From contig CAZMQU010000001.1 of NCBI GenBank assembly GCA_964568715.1, forward strand, positions 143,287 through 207,286: a stretch of DNA of 64,000 nucleotides, in the 5' to 3' direction. The notes below the pieces were generated by a model. The model worked only from the letters and a program-made list of their open reading frames with translations, was not told the DNA's origin and did no database searches. A program made the translations under genes and the position numbers. This stretch comes from an uncultured Halanaerobiales bacterium (GTDB lineage: Bacteria > Bacillota > Halanaerobiia > B1SED10-174). Positions 9,768 to 20,714 of this stretch are shown here, one piece after another (within the stretch, counting starts at the first letter, position 1; every line of letters starts with the position of its first letter).

Positions 9768-10419
9768 GATTTAAAAAGTCTATTTGTCGTGAATCTTCAT
9801 TCCTATCTGTTTTAGTAAAAAGCCTCTCGATGATTCCACCATAAAGTTCGGTTAAACCTAAAGCTAAAACACTTGATAATACAAGGGTATCAAAGATACC
9901 GGCTCCGCCGAATTTTACTGTGCTGGGTTGGTCGGCAAGAGCAAACTTCAAACAATTGAAAAGATTATAAAATGTAATACCTCCTATGCCGGCAACGAAT
10001 GCACCGCGCCGACTCCTGCCCAATAAATAGGCAAAAACTCCGGCAACGATTGCGAATAGGAGGCTTGAATCAATAAAGTCCTTTTGCGGCAGGGTATGGC
10101 CCAACAAAAAAGTTGAAGTAATATAAATTGCCAGCCCGGTTAATAAAGAAGCGACTATGGCTTGAAATCTTTCCCTGTTTGTATCAGCCTTTGTTAAAAC
10201 ATAAATCGCCAACAAAATTGGAATCAATGCACCGCCGACATTCAGCGTAATATTGGGCCTTTTGGTCAAGGGGATATCTATAAAACTGCCGACAATCATT
10301 AAAAATATTATAAAAAGAGCCGCCTTGTCGCTTAAATGGAGGTGATCAAGGACCCTTTGGATAAAGCCAAAATAAATTAAAGAGCTGATAATCAAAAGAA
10401 GCACAATTCCAACGACCAT
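9733..10419 (-). CDS. Uncharacterised polytopic membrane protein
   Basis: Multiple hydrophobic helices; no catalytic motif recognised. Confidence 0.5.
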   Translation of the reverse strand: MVVGIVLLLIISSLIYFGFIQRVLDHLHLSDKAALFIIFLMIVGSFIDIPLTKRPNITLNVGGALIPILLAIYVLTKADTNRERFQAIVASLLTGLAIYITSTFLLGHTLPQKDFIDSSLLFAIVAGVFAYLLGRSRRGAFVAGIGGITFYNLFNCLKFALADQPSTVKFGGAGIFDTLVLSSVLALGLTELYGGIIERLFTKTDRNEDSRQIDFLNHERNGAGEDEK

Positions 10420-10481
10420 CGAACGCAGCCCCCCTCTTTGTTATAATGTCCGGCAACAGTTCATATAATACGCTGAAAAAG

Positions 10482-10518
10482 GCAAAAAAAAAACCCTCAA
10501 AGGGTTTTTTAGTCTTTT
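10482..10518 (-). terminator. Rho-independent terminator of ispH/rpsA
   Basis: AAACCCTCAAAGGGTTTTTT hairpin flanked by A/T runs. Confidence 0.75.
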
Positions 10519-10519
10519 T

Positions 10520-12676
10520 TTATTCTTTCTTATTGTTAAAGATATCTCCGACCATATCGGCTATCGTGATATTACTATCATCTCTATGATCAATCAATGC
10601 TGATATCTCTTTTTTGTGCTCTTCAATTTCAATTTCCTTGAGGCTGAGACCTACCTTGCGTTCTTCTTTATTGATGTTGATGATTTTAGCGGTAACCCGG
10701 TCGCCCCTTTTAACAATCTCATCGGCCGACTCAACGTGGCGACGAGCCAATTGGGAAATATGAATCAGACCTTCAATACCATCTTTTATTTCCATAAATG
10801 CACCGAAACTGACAATTTTAGTGATCTCACCCTCTATTTTGTCGCCGACTTGGTACTCAGCAACAAAATTATCCCATGGATCAGGTAAGACTTGCTTGAG
10901 CCCCAAAGAAATTCTTTCCGTTGTAAGGTCGATACTGAGTATTTTAACTTGGATATTTTCGCCTTCCGAAATTATTTTGGAAGGGTGCTCTATTCGACCC
11001 CAAGACATTTCGGAGATATGCAAAAGCCCTTCGATGCCCCCTATATCTATGAAGGCACCGAAATCAACAATTTTGGTTACCAGACCTTCAACGATATCTC
11101 CTTCTGCAATCCGATTTAAGGTAGCCTCTTTTAAATGGGCTTGTTCTTCCTCCAAAACCTTTTTCCGGGAAAGAACAACATTGTTGTTTTTCTTTTCAAC
11201 CTCTAAGACTTTCATTTCAATCCTTTGCCCGACAAATTGACTTAAATCTTCAATATATTCAATGGCAATATGGGAGGCGGGAATGAAACCCCTAAGTCCA
11301 ACATCGGCAACAAGGCCGCCTTTAACAACTTTTGTTACTTCTCCTGTTAGGGTTGTATTATTTTTTTGAGCTTCAATGATATTATCCCAAGCCAAATCAA
11401 GATCAGCTTTTCTTTTGGAAAGTTTGATTTGACCATTTTCGTCCGTTCCCATAAAAGATACCTTTATTTCTTGGCCGGCTTCAAATAATTCGCGGGGATC
11501 ATCAATAGGCTGAGTACCAAGTTCGCGACTGGGTACAAAACCTTCGGTCTTATAGCCGACATCGACAAAAATCCCATCATCGCGAATCTCAACAATTTTG
11601 CCGTCAATTATCAACCCTTTATGAAATTCCTTTAAGCTTTTGTTGTATCCCAAGGCTTCCACAGTATCCATTGGGTGTATCACGTTCTCATCATCGGCTG
11701 GTTTAAAGATTGCTGCATCCTCTGTTTCTTCTTGGATATCCGTCTCCGAATCGTTGGTATCCGTCAGGATATCCTTGCTGCTGTTTTCCTTTTTAATTTC
11801 TTGTTCATTGTTTCCTTTTTCTGATAGTTCACCCATAAATTCCTCAACCTCCTTGATAATCCATTGCTGAGTCGAAGCACCGGCAGTGATGCCGACCCTA
11901 TCTATTCCTATAAACCATTCAGGGTTAATTTCAAGAGAACCTTCAATATGATAAGTGTCTGTTCCGCTTTCTTTGCAAATTCGGACTAAATTTTTGGTAT
12001 TGGAACTGTTTTTGCCGCCGACTACAAGCATTTTATCTACTTTTGACGCCAAGTTGGCTGCTGCTTCTTGCCTCATTTTTGTTACAGTGCAAATTGTATT
12101 ATAAATTCGTAATTCTTTGGCAAAGGGCAATATGGCACAGGCTATAGATTGAAATGTTGTAAAGTTTTTTGTAGTTTGGGCCAATAACCCTATCTTACCG
12201 TGAAGTTTAATTGCAGCCAATTCATCTTCAGACAAGACTGCAATCCCCTTATCTTTAGTATACCCCAAAATTCCCTTTACTTCAGGGTGCAAAGCATCGC
12301 CATAAATAATGACCTTATACTGTTTTTCGTGTAGTAGTTGAGCTATGTTTTGAGCGTTTTGAACATAAGGGCAAGTAGCATCGATAATATGCCAACATCT
12401 GTCTTTCAACTTATCCACCGTGGCGGGAGGCTCACCATGAGAGCGGATAATGACTGTACCGCACTCTCCTTCCGGCAAATCCTCTACAGCATCTATCCAA
12501 CCTATTCCCTTTTCCTTTAAATAATCGACAACCCGGTCATTGTGAATTAAACAGCCTAGAGTATAAATCGGTTTAGGAACGTTGGGATCATCAAGGGCCT
12601 CTAAAACCATGCCGTAGGCCCGCTCAACACCAAAACAAAACCCAGCATTTTCAGCCACTATAATTTCCAAATGCAC
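10520..12676 (-). CDS. ispH: Bifunctional 4-hydroxy-3-methylbut-2-enyl diphosphate reductase (IspH) / ribosomal protein S1-domain fusion
   Basis: N-terminus MHLEIIVAENAGFCFGVERA (IspH/LytB), followed by four S1 repeats; 718 aa. Confidence 0.88.
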   Translation of the reverse strand: MHLEIIVAENAGFCFGVERAYGMVLEALDDPNVPKPIYTLGCLIHNDRVVDYLKEKGIGWIDAVEDLPEGECGTVIIRSHGEPPATVDKLKDRCWHIIDATCPYVQNAQNIAQLLHEKQYKVIIYGDALHPEVKGILGYTKDKGIAVLSEDELAAIKLHGKIGLLAQTTKNFTTFQSIACAILPFAKELRIYNTICTVTKMRQEAAANLASKVDKMLVVGGKNSSNTKNLVRICKESGTDTYHIEGSLEINPEWFIGIDRVGITAGASTQQWIIKEVEEFMGELSEKGNNEQEIKKENSSKDILTDTNDSETDIQEETEDAAIFKPADDENVIHPMDTVEALGYNKSLKEFHKGLIIDGKIVEIRDDGIFVDVGYKTEGFVPSRELGTQPIDDPRELFEAGQEIKVSFMGTDENGQIKLSKRKADLDLAWDNIIEAQKNNTTLTGEVTKVVKGGLVADVGLRGFIPASHIAIEYIEDLSQFVGQRIEMKVLEVEKKNNNVVLSRKKVLEEEQAHLKEATLNRIAEGDIVEGLVTKIVDFGAFIDIGGIEGLLHISEMSWGRIEHPSKIISEGENIQVKILSIDLTTERISLGLKQVLPDPWDNFVAEYQVGDKIEGEITKIVSFGAFMEIKDGIEGLIHISQLARRHVESADEIVKRGDRVTAKIININKEERKVGLSLKEIEIEEHKKEISALIDHRDDSNITIADMVGDIFNNKKE

Positions 12677-12723
12677 TCCTCCTGGACTTTGTTACAATTT
12701 TATCTTTTCGCGGTAGGAGGTAA

Positions 12724-13341
12724 TTATTCCTCTTTTTTTTCTGATAAATAACGAATTTTATCCATCAATTCCGCCGATTTCTCAGATAACAAATCCCTAT
12801 CTGTTGATTCTTCCGGGAAGTCTATGCAAAAAGTTTCACCAAACCTTACAGTGATTGGTCTTTGCCAGTTATTTAGGTCAATAAAGACAGGCAATACTTT
12901 AACGTCGGCTTGGTGAATAATCTTTATGACCCCAGAGCGGGCTTTGCCAAAAGTACCGGCTTTTTGTCGGGTACCTTCCGGAAACAAACAAACAATGTTG
13001 CCATTGCTGAGATGCCCCATTGTAGTTTGTATAGCAACCCGATCGGGCCTTCCCCTTTTAACCGGAAAAGCCCCCAAGCTTCTAAAGAACCAATTGCCAA
13101 ACCAAGAACGAAATAATTCTTCCTTTGCCATAAAGTATATTTGCTTTGTTAAAAGGGCAACTCCGATAAAAGTTGGATCCAAAAGATGCTGGTGATTGGC
13201 GATTATAATATAAGGACCCTTTGCCGGTATATTTTCTTTACCTTTGATTTTTAGACTAAAAAACAATTTATAAAAAATAAGTAAAATAAGTGCCGCGGTA
13301 AACGAACAAAATCTAACATAAATTCTTTTAATGGCCTTCAC
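12724..13341 (-). CDS. plsC: 1-acyl-sn-glycerol-3-phosphate acyltransferase
   Basis: IIANHQHLLDP (HX4D acyltransferase motif), FPEGTR motif. Confidence 0.85.
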   Translation of the reverse strand: MKAIKRIYVRFCSFTAALILLIFYKLFFSLKIKGKENIPAKGPYIIIANHQHLLDPTFIGVALLTKQIYFMAKEELFRSWFGNWFFRSLGAFPVKRGRPDRVAIQTTMGHLSNGNIVCLFPEGTRQKAGTFGKARSGVIKIIHQADVKVLPVFIDLNNWQRPITVRFGETFCIDFPEESTDRDLLSEKSAELMDKIRYLSEKKEE

Positions 13342-14008
13342 CTTGAATGATCACCCTTGCCCATTGTACTATTTTTTGAACCACTTCTTTAATGGTTAAA
13401 TTCGATGTATCCAAATACACAGAATCCTCAGCCGGCTTAAGAGGTCCGATTGTCCGGCTTGAATCGATGTTGTCTCGGGAAAATATATCATTTTTTACTT
13501 CTTCTAAAGATTTCTCGTTACCTGTACTGATATTCTGCAAATATCGCCTTTTAATACGGATTTGTGGTGTAGCAGTTAAATACACTTTTAATTCCGCTTC
13601 CGGGTAAACTTGGGTACCGATATCTCGCCCATCGGCAACTATCCCTTTACCAAGACATAGCTCTCTTTGCTGAATCATCATGAAAGCCCTGATATCCCTA
13701 TAGCGTGAAACAATGGAAACATTGTTCTCGACAACATTACTGCGCAATTGCGCGGTTACATCGACGCCGTCGAGAAATACTTGTCCACCGGCCAGCCGAA
13801 TTTCCGTATTTGCCGCAAGGCCCGAAACTGATTCCTCGTCATGCAAGTCCAACCCCAAGGTAATTGCTTTTAGCGTCATCGCTCTGTACATTGCTCCCGT
13901 ATCGAGGTAGGCATAGGCCATTTCTACAGCTACTTTTTTGGCGATGGTACTTTTCCCGGCCCCGGCCGGCCCATCGATAGCAATAACAATTTTTTTGTTC
14001 CTATTCAT
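13328..14008 (-). CDS. cmk: Cytidylate kinase
   Basis: MNRNKKIVIAIDGPAGAGKSTIAKKVA (P-loop) ... typical Cmk; likely start is the ATG at 14008. Confidence 0.9.
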   Translation of the reverse strand: MNRNKKIVIAIDGPAGAGKSTIAKKVAVEMAYAYLDTGAMYRAMTLKAITLGLDLHDEESVSGLAANTEIRLAGGQVFLDGVDVTAQLRSNVVENNVSIVSRYRDIRAFMMIQQRELCLGKGIVADGRDIGTQVYPEAELKVYLTATPQIRIKRRYLQNISTGNEKSLEEVKNDIFSRDNIDSSRTIGPLKPAEDSVYLDTSNLTIKEVVQKIVQWARVIIQGEGH

Positions 14009-14048
14009 TGCACCACCTCTCAATCCTCTTAATTCGACATTATCAATA

Positions 14049-14507
14049 CTATAACCTGCCCGCTTCAGACACTTCCCCTAAAAATATCAGTTCCCGCCAA
14101 GCCTTAAATTCTTTGCCGGCAACAAATAGCTCGCTTTTTATGTTTGAAGCTGTTATTTTTAACCAAACCGGTTCCCGGCAAGCCCGGGCATCCAACCATA
14201 CCAAATCTCCCGTCTTAAGGTTTAACTCAACCTTTTCACCCTTTAACGGTATTATTTTTTCAGCGTTTATGATTATCTTGGCTTCCCCCTGCAAGGATCC
14301 GGGGGTAATTGTAATAACAACTTTGTATCTTCGGCCAAATTGATAAAACCACATGGCAACGACATTTTTTACTTCATTACTGCCAGAGGACCGGTGAACA
14401 AAAAATTTATCTCCTTTCAAAATGATAGTCTGAGCAGTAATAAGAAAAATAAACAAAATTACAATCATTTGAAAGATAAATTCTCTAAATTTAGCCAATA
14501 GGTACAC
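14049..14507 (-). CDS. Hypothetical membrane-anchored protein (152 aa)
   Basis: ORF with N-terminal hydrophobic segment; sits between rnc and cmk. Confidence 0.4.
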   Translation of the reverse strand: MYLLAKFREFIFQMIVILFIFLITAQTIILKGDKFFVHRSSGSNEVKNVVAMWFYQFGRRYKVVITITPGSLQGEAKIIINAEKIIPLKGEKVELNLKTGDLVWLDARACREPVWLKITASNIKSELFVAGKEFKAWRELIFLGEVSEAGRL

Positions 14508-14549
14508 CTCCCCTAAATCAGTATGTGGGAGGTATCAATATAATTCATT

Positions 14550-15239
14550 TTACATATGGATATCCAGATTTTCCAAGGCTTCTTTGGCAGCGTTCTGTTG
14601 GGCATTTTTTTTTGTTTGGCCCTTACCCCTACCCAACATTTTGCCTTCAAAAAATACTTCTACCGTAAAGACTTTGTCGTGGTCGGGGCCAATCTCTTCG
14701 ACCACCCGGTATTGGGGTAAATTACCGGACCTGTTTTGGAGGGTTTCTTGCAATTTGCCCTTGGCATCCAATATATCCATGGTACCACTACAAACTGAAT
14801 CCAATATATCACGGTGAACATCCAGAATAAAAGAGCGGGCCTTGGCCAATCCCCCTTCCAAATAGACAGCACCAATAAGAGCTTCAAAGGTATCGGCTAA
14901 CAACGACTCCTTTTCACGACCACCTTGGCTTTCCTCGCCTTTACCCAACAAAATATAATTGCCAAGCTTCATTGTCTTAGCCGTTTTTGCCAAAGCAACG
15001 GTATTTACTATGCCGGCCCGCAAACGAGCCAGCTCACCCTCGTTGGCTCGGGGAAAGCGTTCAAAAATATAATCGCTGACTACCAAGGATAGGACGGCAT
15101 CCCCTAAAAACTCGAGTCGTTCGTTATTTTGCCGACAATGATTTTCATAAGCCCAAGAACGATGGGTCAGAGCTTTTTTTAAAAGATGGGGGGATTGGAT
15201 TTCCAATCCCCGTATATTCTTAGGTGTCAAATCATCCAT
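14550..15239 (-). CDS. rnc: Ribonuclease III
   Basis: ERLEFLGDAVL RNase III signature, C-terminal dsRBD. Confidence 0.92.
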   Translation of the reverse strand: MDDLTPKNIRGLEIQSPHLLKKALTHRSWAYENHCRQNNERLEFLGDAVLSLVVSDYIFERFPRANEGELARLRAGIVNTVALAKTAKTMKLGNYILLGKGEESQGGREKESLLADTFEALIGAVYLEGGLAKARSFILDVHRDILDSVCSGTMDILDAKGKLQETLQNRSGNLPQYRVVEEIGPDHDKVFTVEVFFEGKMLGRGKGQTKKNAQQNAAKEALENLDIHM

Positions 15240-15247
15240 CGGATCGA

Positions 15248-16495
15248 CTAATCCTCCCTGAACTTCTTAAAGACCAAGGTGCCGTTATGGCCCCCAAAAC
15301 CCAAAGAGTTCGACAAAGCTATATTGACCTCATAATCTTCATATTTGTTGGGAACATAGTCCAAATCGCAATCCGGATCAGGGTTGTGAAGATTCATGGT
15401 GGGAGGTATTTTGTCGTGTAGTATAGTCAAACAGGTCGCCGCAGCTTCAAAAGCACCGGTAGCACCCAGTAAATGGCCGGTCATGGATTTTGTTGAGCTG
15501 ATTTTGAGTTTGTAGGCATGTTCACCAAATACTGCTTTGATTGCTTCGGTTTCAGTTTTATCATTAAGGGGTGTAGATGTCCCATGGGCATTAATATAGT
15601 CGACCATCTCCGGTTTAACCTTAGCTTTTCTCATAGCCATCTTCATCGCCCTTTGAGCCCCCTCGCCTTCCGGTGCAGGCGCAGTAATATGATGGGCATC
15701 CCCTGTCAAGCCGTAGCCAACAATTTCAGCATATATGCGAGCATTCCGCTTGAGAGCACTTTGTAAGGATTCCAAAACTAAAATTGTTGCACCTTCTCCC
15801 ATTATAAAACCGTCCCTGGTAGCATCAAAGGGGCGGGAAGCGGTTTCCGGCTCATCGTTTCTCGTTGACAAGGCCCGCATTGAAGCAAATCCACCGACGG
15901 CCATTCTGGTAAGGGCAGCTTCCGTTCCACCTGCTAATATAACTTGGGCATCTCCCCGCTTTATAATCTCGTAGGCATCGCCAACTGCATGGGTCCCTGC
16001 GGCACACGCTGTAACAGTATTGCTATTGGGTCCTTTGGCCCCGGAATAAATTGCCACAAGGCCGGCGGCCATGTTGGATATGAGCATGGGTATAAAAAAC
16101 GGGCTTATCCGGCGGGGACCTTTTTCTAAAAATATTATACCTTGTTCTTCAAAGACATTTATACCGCCAACGCCCGACCCGATTACGACCCCTACCTCGT
16201 CGGCATTTTGGGGTGTAATCTTGAAACCCGAATCGATCAAGGCTTTCATAGCAGAAGTAATCGCAAATTGGGAAAATCGATCCATCCTTTTTGCTTCTTT
16301 CGGGCTGATGAAATCCTCGTAATTGAAATCCTCAACGGGTGCACCAATTTTAACGGTCAAATCATCTACATTGATTATTGAATCCAACCTTTTAATACCG
16401 GAAACACCCTTGACAAGATTATCCCAAACCGTATCAATCGTAGAGCCCAAGGGTGTTTCAAGACCAATACCGGTAACCACCACTCTATTTAACAA
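15248..16495 (-). CDS. fabF: 3-oxoacyl-ACP synthase II
   Basis: NRVVVTGIGLETPLG..., active-site region CAAGTHAVG; likely TTG start at 16495 preceded by AAGAGGTG. Confidence 0.9.
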   Translation of the reverse strand: MLNRVVVTGIGLETPLGSTIDTVWDNLVKGVSGIKRLDSIINVDDLTVKIGAPVEDFNYEDFISPKEAKRMDRFSQFAITSAMKALIDSGFKITPQNADEVGVVIGSGVGGINVFEEQGIIFLEKGPRRISPFFIPMLISNMAAGLVAIYSGAKGPNSNTVTACAAGTHAVGDAYEIIKRGDAQVILAGGTEAALTRMAVGGFASMRALSTRNDEPETASRPFDATRDGFIMGEGATILVLESLQSALKRNARIYAEIVGYGLTGDAHHITAPAPEGEGAQRAMKMAMRKAKVKPEMVDYINAHGTSTPLNDKTETEAIKAVFGEHAYKLKISSTKSMTGHLLGATGAFEAAATCLTILHDKIPPTMNLHNPDPDCDLDYVPNKYEDYEVNIALSNSLGFGGHNGTLVFKKFRED

Positions 16496-16564
16496 TACCC
16501 TAAACACCTCTTTCCATTTATAGCCTAAAAGGAAGCCCCCGAACCGGGAACTTCCTTTCTTCAA

Positions 16565-16798
16565 TTACTTTAAGTTTTTGTCAATATAGTCAACTATATC
16601 TTTGACATTGACAAGATTTTCGGCCTCTTCATCAGGAATTTCCAGGCCAAACTCTTCTTCCATATCCATTACCAGCTCAACAATATCTAAAGAATCAGCA
16701 CCAAGATCTTCGATTATTGAGGCTTCCGGAGTAACCTCCTCAGATGTAACACCCAGTTTTTCAACTATTATCTCGACAACCTTTTCAAATGTGGACAT
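16565..16798 (-). CDS. acpP: Acyl carrier protein
   Basis: 77 aa; [14 protein letters not shown] phosphopantetheine-attachment motif. Confidence 0.95.
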   Translation of the reverse strand: MSTFEKVVEIIVEKLGVTSEEVTPEASIIEDLGADSLDIVELVMDMEEEFGLEIPDEEAENLVNVKDIVDYIDKNLK

Positions 16799-16811
16799 TC
16801 TTTCACCTCCT

Positions 16812-17558
16812 TTATAGGGCCAAGCCGCCGTCTACAACCAATACTTGGCCGGTAATATAAGCAGCAAAATCGGTAGCCAAAAATGCAGCCAGTTTGGCCA
16901 CCTCATCGGAATTACCAAATCTCTGCAAAGGAATTCTGTTCAGCATTTCTTGCTTTATTCTCTCATCAAGGACATCCGTCATTTCTGTTTCAATGAAACC
17001 CGGTGCAATAACATTTACGGTAATATTGCGGCTACCGAATTCTTTGGCTAAACTTTTTGAAAATCCAATTAAGCCTGCTTTGGCAGCGGAATAATTAGTT
17101 TGGCCAACATTACCTGTTAAACCGACAATGGATGAAATGTTTATAATTCGACCCCACTTGTTTTTCATCATTGGCCTTATGGCTGATTTTATACAGTTGA
17201 AAGGTCCTTTCAGATTCACGTCCATTACTTTATCCCAATCATCTTCATCCATTCTTAAAAATAGCTTGTCACGAGTAACGCCGGCATTGTTGACTAAAAT
17301 GTGCACATTGCCCCATTTTTTGATAGTTTCCTTTATCAAATAATCTGCTTCTTCGCTTTTATCAACATTAGCAGCCAGGCCATAAGCCTCGATACCCAAG
17401 TCGATTAAGTTTTGAGCAGCTCCGGCAGCCCTACCTTCGTCACGGGAATTGATGACTACCTTTGCACCCAAAGCACCCAATGATTGCGCAATGGAGTAAC
17501 CTATTCCTTTAGAACTGCCGGTAACAATTGCAATTTTATCAGCCAAATATTTTTTCAA
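16812..17558 (-). CDS. fabG: 3-oxoacyl-ACP reductase
   Basis: SDR fold, [23 protein letters not shown] motifs; position in the fab operon. Confidence 0.9.
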   Translation of the reverse strand: MKKYLADKIAIVTGSSKGIGYSIAQSLGALGAKVVINSRDEGRAAGAAQNLIDLGIEAYGLAANVDKSEEADYLIKETIKKWGNVHILVNNAGVTRDKLFLRMDEDDWDKVMDVNLKGPFNCIKSAIRPMMKNKWGRIINISSIVGLTGNVGQTNYSAAKAGLIGFSKSLAKEFGSRNITVNVIAPGFIETEMTDVLDERIKQEMLNRIPLQRFGNSDEVAKLAAFLATDFAAYITGQVLVVDGGLAL

Positions 17559-18517
17559 GATATTTCCCCTACTTTCTGTGCCGTTTCGAGACCGAAATAT
17601 TCCAAGGTCTTTTGCAAATTTTTCAGGTTGGAAACTTGTTGGCTGGAAACTGTCGGATTTTTCAAGTCACGTAAAAAACCTGCCAATGCCCTGCCGTCAC
17701 CCATGATAATAAATGTTTTATGACCATCATTAATCATTGTTTCCATACTTTTTTGCCAGTAAACCGAATGAGCCAATTGCATTAGAAGGTTAGTCCGTAC
17801 TGTACTTGAGTCGGTGGCTTTTTGTCCGGTTACATTGCTATAAAAAGAATACTTCGGGTCTTTAATCTCTATATTGGCCAATGCTCCCTCAAATTCCTTT
17901 TCTGCTTCGCCCATTAACTCCGAATGAAAAGGTCCGCTGACATTAAGCTCAATTACCCTTTTGGCGCCGGCTTTTTTAGCCATATCCATGGCTTGTTGCA
18001 AGGCCTTTTTCTCGCCGGAAATAACGATTTGCGACGGTGAGTTATGGTTGGCTATTTGAACGGGCCCCTCTACATCCCAACATATTTTTTCAATTATAGC
18101 CTCAGGAAGCAGGATTATCGCAGCCATGCTACCGCGCCCCTCGGGAACGGCCTTTTCCATAATTTTTCCGCGTAACCGAACCAGTCTTACTGCATCTTTA
18201 AAAGATATAGATTCGGCAGCAACTAAAGCTGAAAATTCCCCTAGGCTATGCCCCGCCAACCCTTTTGGCAAAAATCCCAGTTCCAGAAAAACGCGATAGG
18301 CGGCAATGCTAGCGGTTAAAATGGCCGGTTGGGCATTGTATGTTTGGCGCAACTCATCTTCCGGGCCGGAAAAACAAAGACCGGAAAGGCTGAAACCGAG
18401 AGCTTCGTCTGCTTCAAAAAAAGTGTTACGGGCCGCTGAAAAGTTTTTAAACAGATCATGCCCCATCCCAATAGCCTGTGAACCTTGACCGGGGAATAGG
18501 AATGCTGTACTGTTCAT
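17555..18517 (-). CDS. fabD: Malonyl CoA-ACP transacylase
   Basis: FPGQGSQ and GHSLGE active-site motifs. Confidence 0.92.
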   Translation of the reverse strand: MNSTAFLFPGQGSQAIGMGHDLFKNFSAARNTFFEADEALGFSLSGLCFSGPEDELRQTYNAQPAILTASIAAYRVFLELGFLPKGLAGHSLGEFSALVAAESISFKDAVRLVRLRGKIMEKAVPEGRGSMAAIILLPEAIIEKICWDVEGPVQIANHNSPSQIVISGEKKALQQAMDMAKKAGAKRVIELNVSGPFHSELMGEAEKEFEGALANIEIKDPKYSFYSNVTGQKATDSSTVRTNLLMQLAHSVYWQKSMETMINDGHKTFIIMGDGRALAGFLRDLKNPTVSSQQVSNLKNLQKTLEYFGLETAQKVGEIS

Positions 18518-18644
18518 CCATCATCAACTCCTTTATAGTAAAGCAACAACTATTCGAAGAACTGATAAAAAATAAGTACGAAATAACAAAGTTAAACTTC
18601 TTCTATAATTTTCACGATAAACCGATAAAGTCCTTCAAATAATA

Positions 18645-19652
18645 TTACAGGCCCCATTGAATCAAAACCGACCCCCAACTAAGCCCTGCCCCGAAACCGA
18701 CCAATACGATATTATCATCCGTTTTCAACATGTTTTTCTCCATCGCTTCCGCAAAGGCAATCGGTACAGATGCACTGGAGGTATTGCCATATTTAGCGAG
18801 GTTTACATAAACCTTCTCTTCCGGCACTTCCAAGCGTCTCCTTGAAGACTCTATTATTCTTATATTGGCTTGGTGGGGCACCAACAAATCGATATCACCA
18901 CCGGTCAGGCCCACCTTAGCCAGCGTAGTATTAACAGATTGTTCCATTATCCGCACTGCAAATTTAAAGACTTGATTACCATCCATTTTAATATAATGAA
19001 GACGATCATCGACGGTTTTGTGGGAAGCCGGCAAATACGAGCCACCAGCCGGCATGTCCAGAAAATGCCCACCTGAGCCGTCGCAGCCGAAATCATGGGA
19101 GAGTATACCTCCCTTTTCAACGGGTCCGAGCACCGCAGCACCGGCACCATCGCCAAATAAGACACAGGTGTTACGATCTTCCCAATCAGTTATCTTAGAA
19201 AGTGTTTCCGAGCCTACAACAAGTATGTTTTTTGCTGTACCGTTTTCTATAAACTGGGTTGCCACAATCAATCCGTAGATGAATCCCGAACAACCAATTT
19301 CCAGATCAAAAGCTGCTGCCTTCGTTGCACCGAAATAGTCTTGCAATAAACAAGCGGTCGCCGGAAACAACATGTGGGGTGTCACGGTCGCAACGATTAT
19401 CAAATCAAGGTCGCAGGGAGCTACCCCGGAACTATCCAAAGCCTTTTCGCAAGCAGGTATGGCAAGATCTAAAGTCGATTGATTTTCAGCTGCAATATAA
19501 CGATTTTCGATACCTGTCCTGGTTTTTATCCATTCATCGGTGGTATCCACAATATTCTCCAATTCTTTGTTGTCAAGGGTCTTCTCGGGTACATAAAATC
19601 CTAAACCCAGGATACCGGCCTTTGGTTTTTTATTTGGCACTGAATATATCAC
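18645..19652 (-). CDS. fabH: 3-oxoacyl-ACP synthase III
   Basis: GILGLGFYVPEK start, active-site CSGF, C-terminal GFGAGLSWGS. Confidence 0.9.
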   Translation of the reverse strand: MIYSVPNKKPKAGILGLGFYVPEKTLDNKELENIVDTTDEWIKTRTGIENRYIAAENQSTLDLAIPACEKALDSSGVAPCDLDLIIVATVTPHMLFPATACLLQDYFGATKAAAFDLEIGCSGFIYGLIVATQFIENGTAKNILVVGSETLSKITDWEDRNTCVLFGDGAGAAVLGPVEKGGILSHDFGCDGSGGHFLDMPAGGSYLPASHKTVDDRLHYIKMDGNQVFKFAVRIMEQSVNTTLAKVGLTGGDIDLLVPHQANIRIIESSRRRLEVPEEKVYVNLAKYGNTSSASVPIAFAEAMEKNMLKTDDNIVLVGFGAGLSWGSVLIQWGL

Positions 19653-19656
19653 TCCT

Positions 19657-20637
19657 TCACAAATGGTCTTGAAAAGCTTTTACCAACTGTTTTTCTACCA
19701 TCTCTTCACCGACAGAGATAGCATTTTTAACGGCTTTGGCCGTGGAACTGCCATGGCATATTATAACCGGGGCATTTAAGCCCAACAAGGGGGCTCCGCC
19801 GTATTCTTCAAAATCCAATTTTTGTTTCATCGCCCGCAGGGAATTTTTCATCAACAACGCCCCTACTTTTGCAATCATACTGCTTTTGATTTCCGTTGTT
19901 AAGATACCAACCATCGTGCTAGCTGTACCTTCGATCACTTTTAAGGTTATATTGCCCACAAAACCGTCACTTACAACAACATCATATAAACCCATTGCCA
20001 ATTCACGGCCCTCAACATTGCCGACAAAGTTAACACTGCTATCTTTCAATAGCGAGTAGGCCTCCTGATAGCCTTTGTTCCCTTTGCCGGCTTCTTTGCC
20101 GACATTTAGCAAACCGACCGTCGGCCGTTTTTTTCCTAAAACCTTTTCTGTGTAGATACTGCCCATTTGGGCAAAATGAACCAACTGGGGAGGTTTAAAA
20201 TCGGCATTGGCCCCGGCATCGATGAGTAGGGTCATACCTTTTTGCCCGGGAAGAGCGGTAGCTATTCCCGGTCTGCTGATTCCCTTGAGACGGCCTATGA
20301 CAAAAATACCCGCCGCCAATGTTGCACCTGTATTGCCCGCTGATAAAAAAACATCGCCGGCGCCTTCTTTTACCAGCATGGCACCTTGGACCAATGAAGA
20401 CTTCTTTTTCTCTTTGAGGACCTGGGCAGGGGAATCCTCCATGGAAACTACTTCCGGTGCATGGTGAATTTCCACCCCTTTAGGCAACCCACCCCATTTC
20501 AAAAATTCATCCCGAAGTTTATCCCGGTCACCGGTAACTATAATTTCCGGACATCTTTCCTTTGCAGCCTGTACTATCCCCTTTACTATCTCTTGGGGTG
20601 CAAAATCTCCGCCCATACCATCGATAACGATTTTCAT
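19657..20637 (-). CDS. plsX: Phosphate acyltransferase PlsX
   Basis: MKIVIDGMGGDFAPQEIVKG N-terminus typical of PlsX; precedes fabH. Confidence 0.92.
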   Translation of the reverse strand: MKIVIDGMGGDFAPQEIVKGIVQAAKERCPEIIVTGDRDKLRDEFLKWGGLPKGVEIHHAPEVVSMEDSPAQVLKEKKKSSLVQGAMLVKEGAGDVFLSAGNTGATLAAGIFVIGRLKGISRPGIATALPGQKGMTLLIDAGANADFKPPQLVHFAQMGSIYTEKVLGKKRPTVGLLNVGKEAGKGNKGYQEAYSLLKDSSVNFVGNVEGRELAMGLYDVVVSDGFVGNITLKVIEGTASTMVGILTTEIKSSMIAKVGALLMKNSLRAMKQKLDFEEYGGAPLLGLNAPVIICHGSSTAKAVKNAISVGEEMVEKQLVKAFQDHL

Positions 20638-20714
20638 TTTTTATTCCCCTTTCCCAGAACAAGGGTTTATGTATTTATTATAACCTCATCTGTCAACCAT
20701 TGGTAAAGTTAGAT

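Noticed and set aside
10821-11240. 139-aa plus-strand ORF inside ispH/rpsA
   Set aside because: Shadow ORF opposite the S1-domain coding region; Ser-rich and low-complexity.
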